Assembly: GCA_027858555.1 (NCBI GenBank)
Contig: JAQICP010000107.1
Location: 1 to 31,630 of the forward strand
DNA length: 31,630 nt
Direction of reading: 5' to 3'
From: Vallitaleaceae bacterium
GTDB taxonomy: Bacteria > Bacillota > Clostridia > Lachnospirales > Vallitaleaceae
Shown: piece after piece, positions 30,001 to 31,630 of the stretch
Layout: every line of letters begins with the position of its first letter
Numbering within the stretch: the first letter of the stretch is position 1
Made by a program: the position numbers and the translations under genes
The notes under the pieces: generated by a model
The model's database searches: none
Told to the model about the DNA's origin: nothing
What the model saw: only the letters and a program-made list of their open reading frames with translations

Positions 30001-30221
30001 AAGTGCTAATAGAGAAGAGCTAATAGAGAAGTGCTAATAAAGAAGTGCTAATAAAGAAGTGCTAATAGAGAAGTGCTAATAGAGAAGTGCTAATAGAGAA
30101 GTACTAATAGAGAAGTGCTAATAAAGAAGTGCTAATAAAGAAGTGATAATAAAGAAGTGATAACTAAGAAGTGCTACAAAGAAGTGATAACTAAGAAGTG
30201 TTACAAAGAAGTATTATGAAG
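30001..30221 (+). repeat. Tandem array of 16 units (13 of 14 bp, 3 of 13 bp), consensus AAGTGCTAATA(G/A)AG
   Basis: Counted directly: units start at 30001, 30015, 30029 and so on every 14 bp to 30155, then at 30169, 30182, 30196 and 30209. A further copy at 29974-29987 overlaps the uvrA stop. Confidence 0.97.
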
Positions 30222-30323
30222 AAGAACTTACATATAAGTATTGGTAAAGAATTGCCAACACAGATGTACAACATGCAAGTTCTATATTAGGAATGAACTA
30301 ACACAGATATGAGGGAGAGTAGT

Positions 30324-31630
30324 ATGAGGGTAAAAAGACGACTTACAGCCATAATATTAAGCATCTTGTTAGTGTTTAATCTGTCACTGAGTATTAGTGC
30401 CAGTTCGGACAGCTTGCCTAGTGGATGGGCCATAGAAGATATTTTACAGCTACAAGAAACGGGTATACTGCGCGGGGATAGTTTTGATCATTATCAAACC
30501 AATATAACCCGTGAGACCTATGCCTATTTGGTATATAAACTAGTGGAATCTTATGGTATAGCCATTAGTGAAATTGCAGACCTGAATATGTCCTACATTC
30601 TTACGGATTGTGATGATTACTATGTCATAGGTTTATTCAAAGCAGGCATCATTACAGGCTATCTTGATAATACCTATAGACCAAGTCAACCAATTACAAG
30701 GCAAGAGATATGCACCTTATATATGAAGGCATTGGAAGTAATAGGTGTTTATTTATCAGATAATGACGCGAGCTTAGCACCTTTTGTCGATACCCATGCA
30801 ATTGGTACTTGGGCGATGAACAGTATGGTGAAATGCTTGAATGCAGGTATCATCAATGGTATATCGGCCACGCAATTATCCCCACTTGGGTATTCTACCA
30901 TAGAGCAAGCACTGGTCATATTTAATCGAATAGTCACCAATGATAGCATCGGATCACAGACTCGACCATTTCAAAAAGGCATTGAGAATAAAAGTCTTGG
31001 CAACGACGCAGGCTATGGTTATTATGTCCAGAAGAATCTACTTGGCGTAACTACCGGTATCAAGCAGTATAGAGATTATGAATTAGTAAAAGAGATAGAA
31101 GCGGGTGTTATTGAGACGGACCCTGGTGTTACAATACTAGATGATATTCAAGTGGTGAATCAATCAATCTATTATATCAATTCAGATGGGTTTTTGAGTG
31201 CATATGATCTAAGTACAGGTGAATTAACAAGAATTGACCAAGGTCCTTGTGAAGATTTTGTGGTTTCTGATGGCGCTATCTATCTGATATTAGATGGTGA
31301 TGTCTATCGTTACACAATCACAGGTGACAATCGGTACACTGAAAAAATGAGTTTGTTGAGCGGTTCATACCAGCACATTATGTTATACACCCATGAAGGT
31401 GATGAGACTATATATCTACTAGATGACACGGACTATTTATCGTCCTATAAAGAGGGGAAAACCAGTATAATATCCGAAGGTGTTCAATCCTTCCAGATTA
31501 ACGCTGGTTATATATATTATATACATTCGGACCAAATATTATACAAACAGGAGATTGGCGGGACGAATAAGTTGAAAATCGTTGATAATGCCTATGATTT
31601 CAGGGTTTGTGGGTATAATCTCCTATATAT
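30324..31630 (+). CDS. S-layer homology (SLH) domain surface protein with a probable beta-propeller region (3'-truncated; absent from the ORF track)
   Basis: I translated it by hand: GAGGGAG RBS, signal peptide MRVKRRLTAIILSILLVFNLSLSISA, SLH-like segments (SGWA..NITRE, GIITGYLDNTYRPSQPITRQE, WA...GIING..LSP...TIEQA), then YY/IY-rich beta repeats. No stop before the window end. Confidence 0.88.
   Translation, partial: MRVKRRLTAIILSILLVFNLSLSISASSDSLPSGWAIEDILQLQETGILRGDSFDHYQTNITRETYAYLVYKLVESYGIAISEIADLNMSYILTDCDDYYVIGLFKAGIITGYLDNTYRPSQPITRQEICTLYMKALEVIGVYLSDNDASLAPFVDTHAIGTWAMNSMVKCLNAGIINGISATQLSPLGYSTIEQALVIFNRIVTNDSIGSQTRPFQKGIENKSLGNDAGYGYYVQKNLLGVTTGIKQYRDYELVKEIEAGVIETDPGVTILDDIQVVNQSIYYINSDGFLSAYDLSTGELTRIDQGPCEDFVVSDGAIYLILDGDVYRYTITGDNRYTEKMSLLSGSYQHIMLYTHEGDETIYLLDDTDYLSSYKEGKTSIISEGVQSFQINAGYIYYIHSDQILYKQEIGGTNKLKIVDNAYDFRVCGYNLLY

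Noticed and set aside
30001-30140. HrcA/CIRCE sites: the unit core AAGTGCTAA matches the CIRCE half-site GAGTGCTAA at 8 of 9 positions
   Set aside because: CIRCE needs an inverted pair TTAGCACTC-N9-GAGTGCTAA. These are direct repeats and the core derives from uvrA codons, so the match is probably coincidental; an HrcA EMSA would settle it.
30001-30221. CRISPR array
   Set aside because: The units are contiguous, 13-14 bp long, with no spacers, and no cas genes are in the window.
29983-30221. Repeat-encoded peptide
   Set aside because: Stop codons rotate through all frames on the + strand (TAA) and the - strand (TAG).
880-30949. The short antisense or alternate-frame ORFs in the track (for example 1378-1767, 2381-2884, 21786-22055, 29204-29503, 30749-30949)
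   Set aside because: They lie within confidently assigned genes, lack RBS or recognisable motifs, and are expected shadow ORFs.

Overview
This window looks like a chromosomal, low-GC clostridial segment (taxonomy is inferred from gene content, not determined). It carries no intact mobile element, CRISPR array or RNA gene that I can support. Gene order on the + strand: a partial ECF S-component-like gene, a single-domain response regulator, trxB, a NusG-II/Gx-transporter pair, an AMIN/Amidase_3 amidase, a convergent ymfI-like SDR (- strand), two LCP proteins, a hypothetical exported protein, a TagA/WecB glycosyltransferase, YitT, an MsmX/UgpC ATPase, a CdaR/PucR regulator, then ftsE-ftsX-EnvC-like M23-S41-PDZ membrane protein. 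ftsX is split by a one-base shortfall in a T run. A minus-strand block (BceRS/BceAB-type module plus a stand-alone GyrI-like gene) lies between the PDZ gene and a LexA-box-preceded uvrB-uvrA. An SLH-domain gene missed by the ORF track runs off the right end. The most unusual feature is a 16-unit, mostly 14-bp tandem array (30001-30221) whose unit copies the last codons and stop codon of uvrA. It decays in one direction and sits where a terminator would be expected. I cannot show that it is a new biological system; a neutral VNTR remains the default explanation.
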